A stretch of 64,000 nucleotides of DNA from IMG/VR virus record IMGVR_UViG_3300036715_002535, positions 1-64,000 of that record; one strand, given 5' to 3'. Under the pieces are notes generated by a model. That model was not told where the DNA came from. It did not search any database and worked only from the letters and a program-made list of their open reading frames with translations. Positions within the stretch are counted from its first letter, which is position 1, and the number at the start of each line of letters is the position of its first letter. Shown here one piece after another: positions 19,868-29,534 of this stretch. A program made the position numbers and the translations under genes. This stretch comes from a virus.

Positions 19868-20899
19868 GTGAGCAACTACTCAGTTCTGCTATACAAGAAT
19901 ACGGATAACCCAGACGGCATTCCTGGGGATTGGCCGGCAACAGTGCAGCTTCTTCCGGATGATGTTCATACGGTAGATCCTCCACATCAGATCATGTCCG
20001 ATACCGAGTACAACGAGTATATCAACAGCCCCTTTCTGGCTTCTGCAATGGCTTCTTGGAAGAATGCCGAACAGGGTATTTTTAACCCCGTAGCGAAGAT
20101 TGTTGTAACAGAAGTTACTTGCGGACTTCCAAGCTCGAATCCAGCTTTTCCAATGTTTAAGTATGAGCCTAATACTGAAAGTTGTAAAGCTTCAAAAGTT
20201 CAGATGCTCGAGAATATGCCAGTCACGGTCAAAATTCTTATCCGGGATTTAACCGACAGCTACACTCTTCCAATTACAGATGGTTTCGCTCTACCAGTTC
20301 TGGGAGAGGGGATGCCAACCCAGCTTCTTTTCGTTTCCTTCGTGAACGGAGAAGCTATGGTTAACCTCGACCTTTCAAAAACGGGTGTTTACGAAATCAC
20401 CCAAGATGATCTGAATCGTGAACTCCCTTCGGATTCAACTTTTGCGTTTGATGGCATGAAGATCTACGTTCTGAAATCTACGGCACTGGTTGACAACCAA
20501 TCTCCAACATCCTTCATTATCACAGAAGAGATTGTTTGCGAGTTGCCGGAAGGGGATCCACGAAAAGCGGTCTTCTCCTTTACCCACACCGCAGAGAATA
20601 TTCCAGACGTAGTCAAGATGCTGGAAGGTACCCCGATCGTTGTTACCGTGGCTATCAAGGATCCAACTGGAACATCCATCATTCCAGTAAATGATAGCTT
20701 TGCGCTACCTATTACAGGTGAGGGTGTTCCAACTCAATTGATTCTTGTTCGTTTCGTTGATGGAATTGCAAGAATTAATCTCAAACTAGATGTTACAGGA
20801 TTGTACGAGATCAACCAGGACATCATCAATCGAGAGTTACCTGCAGGAGCCCATTTCAAATTCTGTGGTGTGAAACTTTATGTTCTCAAGGCCGGCTGA
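19868..20899 (+). CDS. Hypothetical protein with a duplicated ~125-aa beta domain
   Basis: FALP..GEG.PTQL..V.FV.G...G.YEI.QD..NRELP occurs twice; AAGGAG RBS before GTG 19868. Confidence 0.7.
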   Translation: MSNYSVLLYKNTDNPDGIPGDWPATVQLLPDDVHTVDPPHQIMSDTEYNEYINSPFLASAMASWKNAEQGIFNPVAKIVVTEVTCGLPSSNPAFPMFKYEPNTESCKASKVQMLENMPVTVKILIRDLTDSYTLPITDGFALPVLGEGMPTQLLFVSFVNGEAMVNLDLSKTGVYEITQDDLNRELPSDSTFAFDGMKIYVLKSTALVDNQSPTSFIITEEIVCELPEGDPRKAVFSFTHTAENIPDVVKMLEGTPIVVTVAIKDPTGTSIIPVNDSFALPITGEGVPTQLILVRFVDGIARINLKLDVTGLYEINQDIINRELPAGAHFKFCGVKLYVLKAG

Positions 20900-20907
20900 G
20901 GTAAACC

Positions 20908-21306
20908 ATGATTGCTAAAGAAACTCCAGCTGCAGTTCTGGCAAACGTGCTGAATGTGATCAAAGAGAGGGAAGTTCGAATCAAGGTCATGAAGGAACTC
21001 AAGTCCTTGGTCAAGCCGGATGCTCCAATCTTCATTCAGGTCTACGAAGGTAACCGAACCGGAGTAGGGGTTGTCACTTCGAAGGGTTGGCAGGAGAACC
21101 GCCCTCTCAAGGATTACGAATCTGAAATCCACGAAGCGTTCGGCGGTGGCCGCAAGACGAATGGAATGTTCGTAATCAATGCCAGCTCAAAGGTCTGCAA
21201 GAGAAACGAAGATGGAACCGTCACGATCCAGCTTCCCTCTGGTAAGACGAAGGTCAGTTACCAGTTTGCAAGAGATCTGGTCATCGGTCTCATTGATGTC
21301 CTGTAA
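20908..21306 (+). CDS. C-terminal half of a class I SAM methyltransferase-like protein
   Basis: NVLNVI...IFIQVYEG...GWQ.NR; no GxGxG motif. Confidence 0.4.
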   Translation: MIAKETPAAVLANVLNVIKEREVRIKVMKELKSLVKPDAPIFIQVYEGNRTGVGVVTSKGWQENRPLKDYESEIHEAFGGGRKTNGMFVINASSKVCKRNEDGTVTIQLPSGKTKVSYQFARDLVIGLIDVL

Positions 21307-21315
21307 AGGGAAGAG

Positions 21316-21696
21316 ATGCTCAAGCATATTCTCAATGTTGCAAAATCCTTAGTTCGAGAACACATCACTAAGGCTACCACCCGTAGCAATGCTTGGGCCT
21401 CTATTCGTAAAGCCCATCTGAAGAAAAACCCTACCTGCGCAGCGTGCGGTGGAACCCAATTTCTTCAGGTTCATCACAAAGAACCTTTTCACCTGGATCC
21501 TTCAAAAGAATTGGATCTGACAAATCTCATCACTCTGTGTATGGGTGAATACGAGTGCCACTTGAAGATTGGTCATGGGGATAATTTCAAAGCGTATAAT
21601 CCAACGGTTGAGCCAGATTCAGAAACAGTCCGGACCCGTCCGGACAGGCGTTTCGAGATTAATGAGTTAGCAGAGAAGAATAGAAAGACTCTCTAA
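21316..21696 (+). CDS. HNH endonuclease
   Basis: CAAC...VHHKEP...NLITLC...CH..IGH. Confidence 0.85.
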   Translation: MLKHILNVAKSLVREHITKATTRSNAWASIRKAHLKKNPTCAACGGTQFLQVHHKEPFHLDPSKELDLTNLITLCMGEYECHLKIGHGDNFKAYNPTVEPDSETVRTRPDRRFEINELAEKNRKTL

Positions 21697-21714
21697 GATC
21701 TCGGTTAAATACTC

Positions 21715-22119
21715 ATGCGAATATACTTGAGCCAGCCTTTTGCCGGGTACACTAACTTCTCCGGTCTCCTCTCTCAGTTCAAACGATTCATCGAAAATCA
21801 GGGTGGGTGGGAAACCTCGGACCCTTTGGATTTCGACATCACCGGCTTGACTGACGGTCAAGTCGTACAGTTAGATGTGGACCACGTTTCCAACTGCGAT
21901 CTCATCCTAGTTGATCTCTCTACCCCTAATTTGGGTGGTGGAGTTTGGGGTGAACTGTACCACGCTTACAAGCTGGGGATTCCTATCGTGGTGATCTGCC
22001 CAGACAATGCGTGGGATAGTCCCTGGATTCGATTCCACTCAACCCATAGATTCAGAACCGGAGATACTTTCGTAGAGGAAATCTTCGAAGTCTGCAAGAA
22101 GCTCACGGAGAAAAAGTGA
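21715..22119 (+). CDS. Nucleoside 2-deoxyribosyltransferase / dNMP N-hydrolase family protein
   Basis: IYLSQP, D...V..CDLILV, G...EL..A...GIPIV, SPW motifs. Confidence 0.75.
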   Translation: MRIYLSQPFAGYTNFSGLLSQFKRFIENQGGWETSDPLDFDITGLTDGQVVQLDVDHVSNCDLILVDLSTPNLGGGVWGELYHAYKLGIPIVVICPDNAWDSPWIRFHSTHRFRTGDTFVEEIFEVCKKLTEKK

Positions 22120-22625
22120 AGATTGGATTCATTGGACAGATGCGGGCCGGCAAGGATACCGCAGCAGACTACCTTCGTGACATGCACCACGGTCAGATCA
22201 TGAAATTCGCAGATCCGATCTACGAGATTCAGAACTTTGCTTACAAGGTCACTGGCTTCCCGAAGGAGAAGGACCGCCATCTTCTTCAGTGGATTGGAAC
22301 CGAGTGGGGCAGGACCAAGGATCCAGACATCTGGGTCAAAGTTCTAGAGCGTCGTCTGAATGTTATGAGAGATGATTGCGAAGTGTATATTACGGATGTT
22401 CGCTTCCCGAATGAGATCACCATGCTCAAGAAGCAGGGTTTTACCATAGTGATGATCTACGCAGATGATGAGATCCGGGTGGCACGTGGAGCTACCCACG
22501 AAACCCATGTCTCAGAAGCATATTCTCGTACCTGCGAGGACTATGATTTCCGGATTGAAAATAATGGAACGAGGGAAGAATTCTATAGCAGACTGGAAGG
22601 TCTGCTGAAGGAGTTAGCAGCATGA
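22116..22625 (+). CDS. Deoxynucleoside monophosphate kinase
   Basis: GQMRAGKDT, FADP, R.LLQ.IGTEWGR, ITDVRFPNE, H.SE. Confidence 0.9.
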   Translation: MKIGFIGQMRAGKDTAADYLRDMHHGQIMKFADPIYEIQNFAYKVTGFPKEKDRHLLQWIGTEWGRTKDPDIWVKVLERRLNVMRDDCEVYITDVRFPNEITMLKKQGFTIVMIYADDEIRVARGATHETHVSEAYSRTCEDYDFRIENNGTREEFYSRLEGLLKELAA

Positions 22626-23698
22626 CCGCCTTCTATGCGAACGACCTACCAGAATCCAAGGCGATGTTCTGGGAACTTGATTCCTATCTTGAGGGAATCG
22701 AACTGAATGAACTGGAACTGGAAGCCGGGAACCTCCTCCTGCAATCCTTTGGCTCCCGTTCCATCTACCCGGCTATCTCTAGCATCCTCGAAGGTAAGAT
22801 GGTGGAAGATGATCGAGCCGATCGTGGTGAGCATCCAGCTGATCTAGTGATCCTAGGCTACAGCCAGCATAACAGTTGGCTGGAAGAAAGAATCATCGCA
22901 ATGACTTTCCGCTACAAGGAAATTCGGAAACACTTCAGCAAGTATCAAATGGATGGTTTCCTTCAACACTACTTCGCTTTACATGCTTTCTACCTTACCC
23001 GTATGATGGGACTGCAGATTCGTCTCAGCCAGTTTCTTCTGCAGGTTGAGGACTACATGGAGACCCCTTCTGCAATCCATACCCTCAAGTCGATGGATGA
23101 CCTCCTGGGGAATCAGATCTCCTGTTCGACCTCCAAAGAGGCGATCAGCAACCTCCTTCGAATTTTCTATGGCAACGCCCTGATCATGGGACTTCGGTTC
23201 ATTGGCTATTTCGAGAAGAATGAGGTTGAAGAGTCCTTCCAGTTCTTCCTCAATAACCTACCCGAAACCGAAGAGTCTGAATCAAAATTGGCTTTGGCAC
23301 ACCTAGATACCCTTCCCATCTTCCGTAAATGGTACCGTGATGAAGGTGAGAACCCCTTTAGTCAGGGACTTCTGAACAACGTTGTAAAGGCCATCCCCAC
23401 TCCCACCTTGCCCCTAGTACTAGACCTGGAAAGGGTGGTACCTGCCAGTGATCCGGATGGAACCGAACGGAAAACCCAGCCGGCTCCAAAGCCCAAGCCA
23501 GAAAAGAAGGCCGCAGCTAAACCAGGACCAAAGCCCAAACCAAAGAAGGAAGAGAAGCCCCATGTGGAAGAGGTAGTGGTAACCCATTCAAGTGAACCTC
23601 TAGCTGTAACCCCACCTCTTGCACCTGGTCAAGAGATGACCGTTACCGTTGAACCTCCAGCAGAGAACTTTCTGGCTTGGATGGCGACTCAAGGATGA
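22622..23698 (+). CDS. Hypothetical protein with Pro/Lys-rich tail
   Basis: 358-aa ORF, ATGA overlap. Confidence 0.7.
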   Translation: MTAFYANDLPESKAMFWELDSYLEGIELNELELEAGNLLLQSFGSRSIYPAISSILEGKMVEDDRADRGEHPADLVILGYSQHNSWLEERIIAMTFRYKEIRKHFSKYQMDGFLQHYFALHAFYLTRMMGLQIRLSQFLLQVEDYMETPSAIHTLKSMDDLLGNQISCSTSKEAISNLLRIFYGNALIMGLRFIGYFEKNEVEESFQFFLNNLPETEESESKLALAHLDTLPIFRKWYRDEGENPFSQGLLNNVVKAIPTPTLPLVLDLERVVPASDPDGTERKTQPAPKPKPEKKAAAKPGPKPKPKKEEKPHVEEVVVTHSSEPLAVTPPLAPGQEMTVTVEPPAENFLAWMATQG

Positions 23699-23739
23699 AC
23701 CTTCAACTCCACATCTGTAATCTATAATAGAAGGGTGGA

Positions 23740-24525
23740 GTGACAATGGACCCGAAATCTCTAAAGGTCAATTTTCAGTTACAGACCTTTGCGTATGGTC
23801 AGTACATCGAGAACGATTATTCGGTCAAGACACGCGTTCTTCGTTTGGATCTACGTCTGCCTTGGTCCTCGACTCAAAACGACATCGAAACCGATGCCCT
23901 ATACTATCTGAACCTTGCAACGAACTACATCCCTGAAGCGAACTTCAGCATGGGTATTTGGTATTCGGACAATGCAATCGTTCGAGTGGAAGCGGGTCTC
24001 ATTCAGCTCAAGACCAAGAACATGCCCCAACAGATGCAGCCCATGAATAGCATTCGTGGTCGCATGTCGAATCTTTCCATCGACCGCCATTTGACTAAGG
24101 GCATAGTACCTAGCACCTTAAACACTCCAAGTGGTCACACACCAGGCGCCAGGGAAGTAAGTGCTTACCAGGTCCCCTTCTCCTTTCAACTGAAACCCTA
24201 TCTTATGACCCTTGAATTAGAGTTCAAAGATTCGTGGTGGAAATTGAGCGATGAAAAGAAGAACAAGTTCCTCGTTGGACTTGATGAATACGCTGACAAG
24301 AATATGCCGGAAGTCAATACAGTTCTGGTTGATACCCCACTATCGTCCACGCCCCATACCCTCTGCATCTATGCAAATCACTACACGGATCTTCAGATTT
24401 TTGCGGCAGCAATTAGATCCTTACCTATCGCAGAACATCTAGTAGATCCAACAAAGATCCTTATTTGCAACCACACCAAGGTCCAGGTCATTGAGAGACC
24501 GCATGAGTGGGTACGAAGAGGATAG
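23740..24525 (+). CDS. Hypothetical protein (weak chlorite-dismutase-like segment)
   Basis: 261 aa; FKDSWWKLSDEKK; no evident heme-ligand His. Confidence 0.5.
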   Translation: MTMDPKSLKVNFQLQTFAYGQYIENDYSVKTRVLRLDLRLPWSSTQNDIETDALYYLNLATNYIPEANFSMGIWYSDNAIVRVEAGLIQLKTKNMPQQMQPMNSIRGRMSNLSIDRHLTKGIVPSTLNTPSGHTPGAREVSAYQVPFSFQLKPYLMTLELEFKDSWWKLSDEKKNKFLVGLDEYADKNMPEVNTVLVDTPLSSTPHTLCIYANHYTDLQIFAAAIRSLPIAEHLVDPTKILICNHTKVQVIERPHEWVRRG

Positions 24526-24595
24526 AAAAAAGTTACTCTAAAATAATTTGTGGATCCTCATTTTTACTAGTTATAATTCTAATGAGGATTTATTC

Positions 24596-25276
24596 ATGTC
24601 GGTTCGTATTCGAATCCATCTCGCAACGGACCTCCCACCGGTGGTCTTGCAGACGGTTAAAGAATGCCTTCGACTTCTAGGCGCAACAGATCTGTACGTT
24701 CCTCGGTTCCGAATTGCGAACCATCTTCACGTAAAGTGGAATGGTCTCTGCACTCACATTCAAGATGAACCTACAACTACCATCACTCTTCAAAAGAGAA
24801 TCCTGAACGATGAGAGAACCTGCGCGAGAGTGGTAGCTCACGAGATGTGCCATCACGTGGAGTTCCTTCGGGATCCTATGCTGAGGGAAGAGGGGCACGG
24901 ACCTACCTTCTTGAAGTACGCAGAGATCATCAACGCGGCTCTGGGTGCGAATTTCGTCACAACCGAATCCGACAAAGACTACGTGATCAACAATACGAAG
25001 GACTTTTACGTTCTCATCTTCCCAGTTCAAGATGGAAAGTTCGCTTGGCAGGTGGCAGGTCGTTTGACCAAGGACATGGAAGACTACGTTCGCATGTGCA
25101 AGTTCCGGTACGTGTGTAAGTTCTTCAAGACGAAAGATCGTCGTCTCTGGAGAACCCCGAACCTCGGAGCAGACAAGAACTATCTCACGATGCAGAACAA
25201 CTCCGAGATCCAGAAGATCCTAAAAGATCTGTACGGTGCAAGAGTTATGAGCGGGGTAGATCCGGACGCAGCCTAA
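24596..25276 (+). CDS. SprT-like zinc metalloprotease
   Basis: HEMCH...GHGPTF; start ATG 24596 after GAGG. Confidence 0.8.
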   Translation: MSVRIRIHLATDLPPVVLQTVKECLRLLGATDLYVPRFRIANHLHVKWNGLCTHIQDEPTTTITLQKRILNDERTCARVVAHEMCHHVEFLRDPMLREEGHGPTFLKYAEIINAALGANFVTTESDKDYVINNTKDFYVLIFPVQDGKFAWQVAGRLTKDMEDYVRMCKFRYVCKFFKTKDRRLWRTPNLGADKNYLTMQNNSEIQKILKDLYGARVMSGVDPDAA

Positions 25277-25290
25277 AGAATTTTGAACAG

Positions 25291-25326
25291 GAAAAGGGAG
25301 GATCTTTCGATCCCCCCTTTTTTTTC
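25291..25326. terminator. Bidirectional intrinsic terminator
   Basis: aaaagggaggatc-tttc-gatccccccttttttttc between convergent genes. Confidence 0.85.
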
Positions 25327-28311
25327 TTAGTTCACGGTTTCGATCTTGATCATATTGTGGGCCGGGTATTCTCCAGCAACGTATACGTGACCGTTGTCCA
25401 TCGTGAGATGATAGACATCCACGTATTCTTCCATGGGCCTGACTTCGAGAACCTTGACAGCTTCCAGAGTATTGAGTTCCATGTTATGCCACAGAATCGA
25501 ATCCCCGGTTGCCAAATCTCTTGCCGATGGGTAAGAGGGTTCGCCGTCCACCACCTTGGTGAGGCGATGGTCGTGAGAGCAAACCAGTGAGCTCTTGTCC
25601 GTAACGATGGTGAAGAGCTGACGGTTCTCGTACTTGAACGTTGCAGTAACTGTCGCAAAGATAGGTTCGAGGGTGTGCTCGTCGAATCCAATAGCAACAT
25701 CTCCAACCTTCAGGAGTTCGACTGGGATATAGCCAGTAGATGTGAGGATGAGAGTTCCTGCCGGTACGCAACCACCGCCTCCACCGCCTCCACCGCCTCC
25801 TCCACCACCGCCACTGGAGTAGACCAATTCCGAGATGGAAATTGTCTTGCTTACCGAAGTGGATCCCACGCAATTCAAAGTAACCGTTACGGTATAGGGG
25901 AAAGTTCCAAGAGCTGTAGTGCTGAAGGTCATGTTGAGCGTAGAACCGGTGATGGATGCTCCAGGTAGATTACCACCTGATAGGGTCCAGGTAAGAGCAC
26001 TTCCATTTCCGCCAGTACCACTCAAAGGTAAGGTATAAACACCGGAAGAATTCTGGATGAATGAGAAGGTGTAAGCATCCAGGTTGGTGATGACAAGGGG
26101 CTGAGTAACGAACTGATTCACTGTTACAGAAATTCCCGTTGTTACCGTATGGAGAGAGTCCACGGCTTGTAAATTGACGGTATAGACATCTGGCACCGCG
26201 CCTGGATCCGGAACTGATGCGGTTAGAAGATTGCCGGCGACGGCGGCACCTGGAAGGGTAGTTCCTGCTAACAAAGACCAAGTGACGGGACCTTGTGCGT
26301 TTGTAGCTTGAAGTGGAATTACAATGGACCAGGGATAGGTAACGGAAGCATCCGCTTGGAAGTTCTCATTGAGATTGATAATCGTCAGTGTGGATGTTGG
26401 CGCGAGCTGACCGAGGTATTTGTGGCTAAAGTGAATCAGCTGCCACCAGTAGTAGTCGTGGTTGCAAGTGATGCACAGTTTGGCACCAGCGCCCAACCAT
26501 CCAATCCAGAGGGTTGGATGCGCACAGTCGACGGATTCTCCTGGGCTATGATTGATAGTTGCATCCGAATTTAGTCTTCCCCAAGTAGCTACTGGATCCA
26601 TCATAACGTTGATTTGGAGTGAAGTGTTTGAGTTACCACCAGAGTCTCTTCCATTGTTTATCATAAGAGAACTGAGTTCATAGATTCCGGCTTTGGCTAC
26701 AGTGAAGACTCCAGTTGCAGAATCATAATCAATGTTCACCCCGCTATGATACTGTTCGGAGAACTTTACCGGATTTGAAGTCAACTTCCATATATTTCCT
26801 TGACCGTTGATGTTCGTGTAGTAACCAACGGATGCGTAAGGTTCAATGATCTGATTAATAATATCGATCTTACGAACTACCCCGGCATCTACCAAAGGTG
26901 ACTGGTTTACCACAACGCTCTGATCAAAGGTCTTCGCACCAGCAATTGACTGAGCCGTGGACTTAGTAACAAAGTCCGCTACCCGTGCTGCAGTGAAGTA
27001 AAGATTAGACCCTTCTGGAATGTTCGTTGTCGAAAGACTTACCGCTCCGGTGAAAGTATTGACGCTGGTGACGCCTGCTGTGATGTGATTGACATTGTAA
27101 TCCAACTTCTGGATGGCCTGCAGGATAGTATCCGAAGCAGTCAAAGCACCTGAGGTCGAAGTGAAACCGGATAAAGTAGCGCCGATTGCAAGTTCATTTG
27201 TGAAGTATTGATTTCCACTTTCAGGAACGTTCGCAGTGGTAAGCGTAACCACTCCTGTTAGACCGTTCACTGAAAGAATGTCTGAACTACCACCCTGGAT
27301 GAGATCCCATTTCACTCCATCAAAGACGATCAGATCCCCGAGGGTCCAGTTGGCATTGCCATCGATGGAAGTTGTTCCGGGTGTTGCTACCTTGTAGTAG
27401 TATCCCTTCGTTCCAGTTCCAGAGGAAATTGTCGGAGTATTGGTTGCTGCGTCCCAGGTTCCCTGATAATTCATCGCACCCAGAACCGCATCCGGCAAGT
27501 AGGCTGTTGAGATCTTGGTATCTGCACCCAGTGGGACGATACCGCCAGGGCTACCAACCAGAAGGTGCTGCATGATGTCAGCATCAAGGTAAGGAAGACC
27601 ATAACCGGACCAGGTAGTTGGATGGGTCTGGAGAGCAGCAAAGTCCAAAGTCTGCCAGGTCTTATCCCCTCTCCAATACTGGGTTGCCGTCCCCATCGGA
27701 TGAAGAGGTTCCTTACCAGAATCCAGAGTTGCGAGGCTGGAATCTATTTTGTTCAGATCTGCATCTGTTGCGGATCTTGGAAGAAGGTAACGTGGAGAGA
27801 TATCCCCGGGTCCGATTGCAATTCCCTTGATGCTCACTGCAGTGACGGATGGAGCATCGATTCGAATCTTGAAAGCGTTTGTAGATGCAATTGAGAAGGA
27901 CTGAGCATTGAGAATGTACCCATCGGTCTCAGTTGGAGTAGCGTTCAGAAGGAAGTTCTTCGAAGGATTGGTATCCCCATCCAGAAGGGTGACTGTGATC
28001 CATTCTGCTGTTGCGGATGAGGGTTTGTAGAAAAGTGTGATGGTGTAGGAACTAATACCCAGACCAGCACCTGGATAGGAGAACGATTGGTCCGCTTCGA
28101 TCTGCTCTAGACGACCACCACCGGGATTCAGATTGATAGTGGCAGATTCTGGTGTAGAATCTGACTTGGATCCATTGGACAAAACCCAGCCATAGATCTG
28201 AGTCGGGTCCTGAAGGTTGTGACCGAAGAAAGGATTCGCGACCAGATTTACGTTACGGTATCTCTGTTCATCCTGTAAACCGTTTAAACTAAGGTTAACG
28301 AGGCTCTTCAT
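25327..28311 (-). CDS. Large tail fibre/adhesin with Ig-like repeats, polyGly linker and C-terminal Hint domain
   Basis: Shares YQGTW.A.TNTP...GNANWTLGDLIVFDG module with 15233 gene; polyGly then CVPAGT...AHN. Confidence 0.85.
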   Translation of the reverse strand: MKSLVNLSLNGLQDEQRYRNVNLVANPFFGHNLQDPTQIYGWVLSNGSKSDSTPESATINLNPGGGRLEQIEADQSFSYPGAGLGISSYTITLFYKPSSATAEWITVTLLDGDTNPSKNFLLNATPTETDGYILNAQSFSIASTNAFKIRIDAPSVTAVSIKGIAIGPGDISPRYLLPRSATDADLNKIDSSLATLDSGKEPLHPMGTATQYWRGDKTWQTLDFAALQTHPTTWSGYGLPYLDADIMQHLLVGSPGGIVPLGADTKISTAYLPDAVLGAMNYQGTWDAATNTPTISSGTGTKGYYYKVATPGTTSIDGNANWTLGDLIVFDGVKWDLIQGGSSDILSVNGLTGVVTLTTANVPESGNQYFTNELAIGATLSGFTSTSGALTASDTILQAIQKLDYNVNHITAGVTSVNTFTGAVSLSTTNIPEGSNLYFTAARVADFVTKSTAQSIAGAKTFDQSVVVNQSPLVDAGVVRKIDIINQIIEPYASVGYYTNINGQGNIWKLTSNPVKFSEQYHSGVNIDYDSATGVFTVAKAGIYELSSLMINNGRDSGGNSNTSLQINVMMDPVATWGRLNSDATINHSPGESVDCAHPTLWIGWLGAGAKLCITCNHDYYWWQLIHFSHKYLGQLAPTSTLTIINLNENFQADASVTYPWSIVIPLQATNAQGPVTWSLLAGTTLPGAAVAGNLLTASVPDPGAVPDVYTVNLQAVDSLHTVTTGISVTVNQFVTQPLVITNLDAYTFSFIQNSSGVYTLPLSGTGGNGSALTWTLSGGNLPGASITGSTLNMTFSTTALGTFPYTVTVTLNCVGSTSVSKTISISELVYSSGGGGGGGGGGGGGGCVPAGTLILTSTGYIPVELLKVGDVAIGFDEHTLEPIFATVTATFKYENRQLFTIVTDKSSLVCSHDHRLTKVVDGEPSYPSARDLATGDSILWHNMELNTLEAVKVLEVRPMEEYVDVYHLTMDNGHVYVAGEYPAHNMIKIETVN
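25354..25770 (-). other. Hint (intein-like) autoprocessing domain, 139 aa
   Basis: CVPAGTLI..., IPVELLKVGD, CSHDH, VYHL, AHN followed by Met. Confidence 0.88.
27316..27369 (-). repeat. 54-bp perfect inverted repeat, copy 2 (partner 15743-15796)
   Basis: Exact reverse complement of 15743-15796. Confidence 0.92.
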
Positions 28312-28329
28312 GTTACTCCCATCTGGTAT

Positions 28330-28450
28330 CCTATCCTAGAAATTATGCGATACTTTTAGGTTTCGGATTTCAACCGATCCTGCCCTTTGGTAAACTTTCG
28401 CCTACCACGAGGTCTTACAGATCGTCCATCCGCAGTAACCGGTTCGCCAC
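28330..28450 (-). ncRNA. Putative TnpB omega/reRNA scaffold overlapping the tnpB 3' end (boundaries approximate)
   Basis: GCGGATGGA...GTAAGACC...GCA...TGAAATCCGAAA layout resembling IS605 3' RNAs, then an imperfect hairpin. Confidence 0.45.
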
Positions 28451-29534
28451 CGGCCATAACTCTCTTACCCTCTTCTCGCAAGTTGATCGAAGCGTTGACA
28501 TCCCGATCATGCCTTTCACCACACTTGCTACATGTCCAGAATCGATCACTAAGTGACAATTTCTGTTGGTGGTAGCACCTGTGACAGAGCTGGCTGGAAG
28601 GGAACCAACGATCAACCTTGAGAACTACTTTACCAGTCCATCTGGCTTTGTACTGGCACATAGTAACGAAGGTTGACCAGCTTGAGTCCTGAATAGCTTT
28701 TGCTAAGCAATGGTTCTGCGTCATACCTTTCACGTTCAGATCCTCGAACACTAGAACTTGGTTCTCGTTCACTAGTTTCGTGGACAGTTTATGGAGAAAA
28801 TCCTTTCGAACATTCTGGATCTTCTCGTACACTTTTGCTACTTGAATTCTTGCTTTGTCCCTCCCTTTGGAACCTTTCCGTTTTCGTGCTAAATGTCTCT
28901 GTCTTCGTTTCAGAAGTTGTTCGTATCGTTTGATGTTGGGTTTGTTGAATTTGCTACCTTCCGAAGTAGCTACAAACGTAGTCAAGCCTAGGTCAAGTCC
29001 AATTACTCTACCGTGCGTAGAAGGGGTAGGTTCTGGTTGACCATCATCTACCAAGATGGATACGAAGTACCTTCCTGAAGGTTTCTTCCGTACTGTCACG
29101 GTTTTCATCTTTCCTTCAAAGGTTCGATCTTGTACGAACCGAACTTTCCCAATCCTAGGAATCTGAATCTTCTCCCCTTCGATCCTTACCCCTTGAGGGA
29201 ACTGGATACTTTGTTCGGAAGATTTTTTCTTAAATCTTGGGTATTTAGCACGTTTCTCGAAGAAATTTATATAGGCTTGACTAAGATTTCGGCAAGTCAT
29301 CTGAAGTGCTTGGGAGTAGGTTTCTTTCAACCAGGAAGTTTCTTCGTGCTTCTTCATTTCTGGAAGTAGGTTGATCAGATCAATCCAACTCAAACTTTTC
29401 CCAGTTTCCCTGTATGTCTTCTGAGATATCTCTAGACAATGATTCCATAGCCAACGGCAAGAACCAAAATTACTTTCTAACGAAGCTCTTTGAGCTTCGG
29501 TAGGATACATTCGATATTGATACGCTTTCAGCAC
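28356..29534 (-). CDS. tnpB: RNA-guided endonuclease TnpB (IS200/IS605 family), no tnpA nearby
   Basis: N-terminal KAYQYRMYPT HTH, RuvC GLDLG / FEDL / DRDVNA all intact, CxxC...CxxC. Confidence 0.93.
   Translation of the reverse strand: MLKAYQYRMYPTEAQRASLESNFGSCRWLWNHCLEISQKTYRETGKSLSWIDLINLLPEMKKHEETSWLKETYSQALQMTCRNLSQAYINFFEKRAKYPRFKKKSSEQSIQFPQGVRIEGEKIQIPRIGKVRFVQDRTFEGKMKTVTVRKKPSGRYFVSILVDDGQPEPTPSTHGRVIGLDLGLTTFVATSEGSKFNKPNIKRYEQLLKRRQRHLARKRKGSKGRDKARIQVAKVYEKIQNVRKDFLHKLSTKLVNENQVLVFEDLNVKGMTQNHCLAKAIQDSSWSTFVTMCQYKARWTGKVVLKVDRWFPSSQLCHRCYHQQKLSLSDRFWTCSKCGERHDRDVNASINLREEGKRVMAGGEPVTADGRSVRPRGRRKFTKGQDRLKSET

Noticed and set aside
15233-28311. Diversity-generating retroelement acting on tail fibres
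   Set aside because: No reverse transcriptase; repeats lie within coding regions and differences are not adenine-specific.
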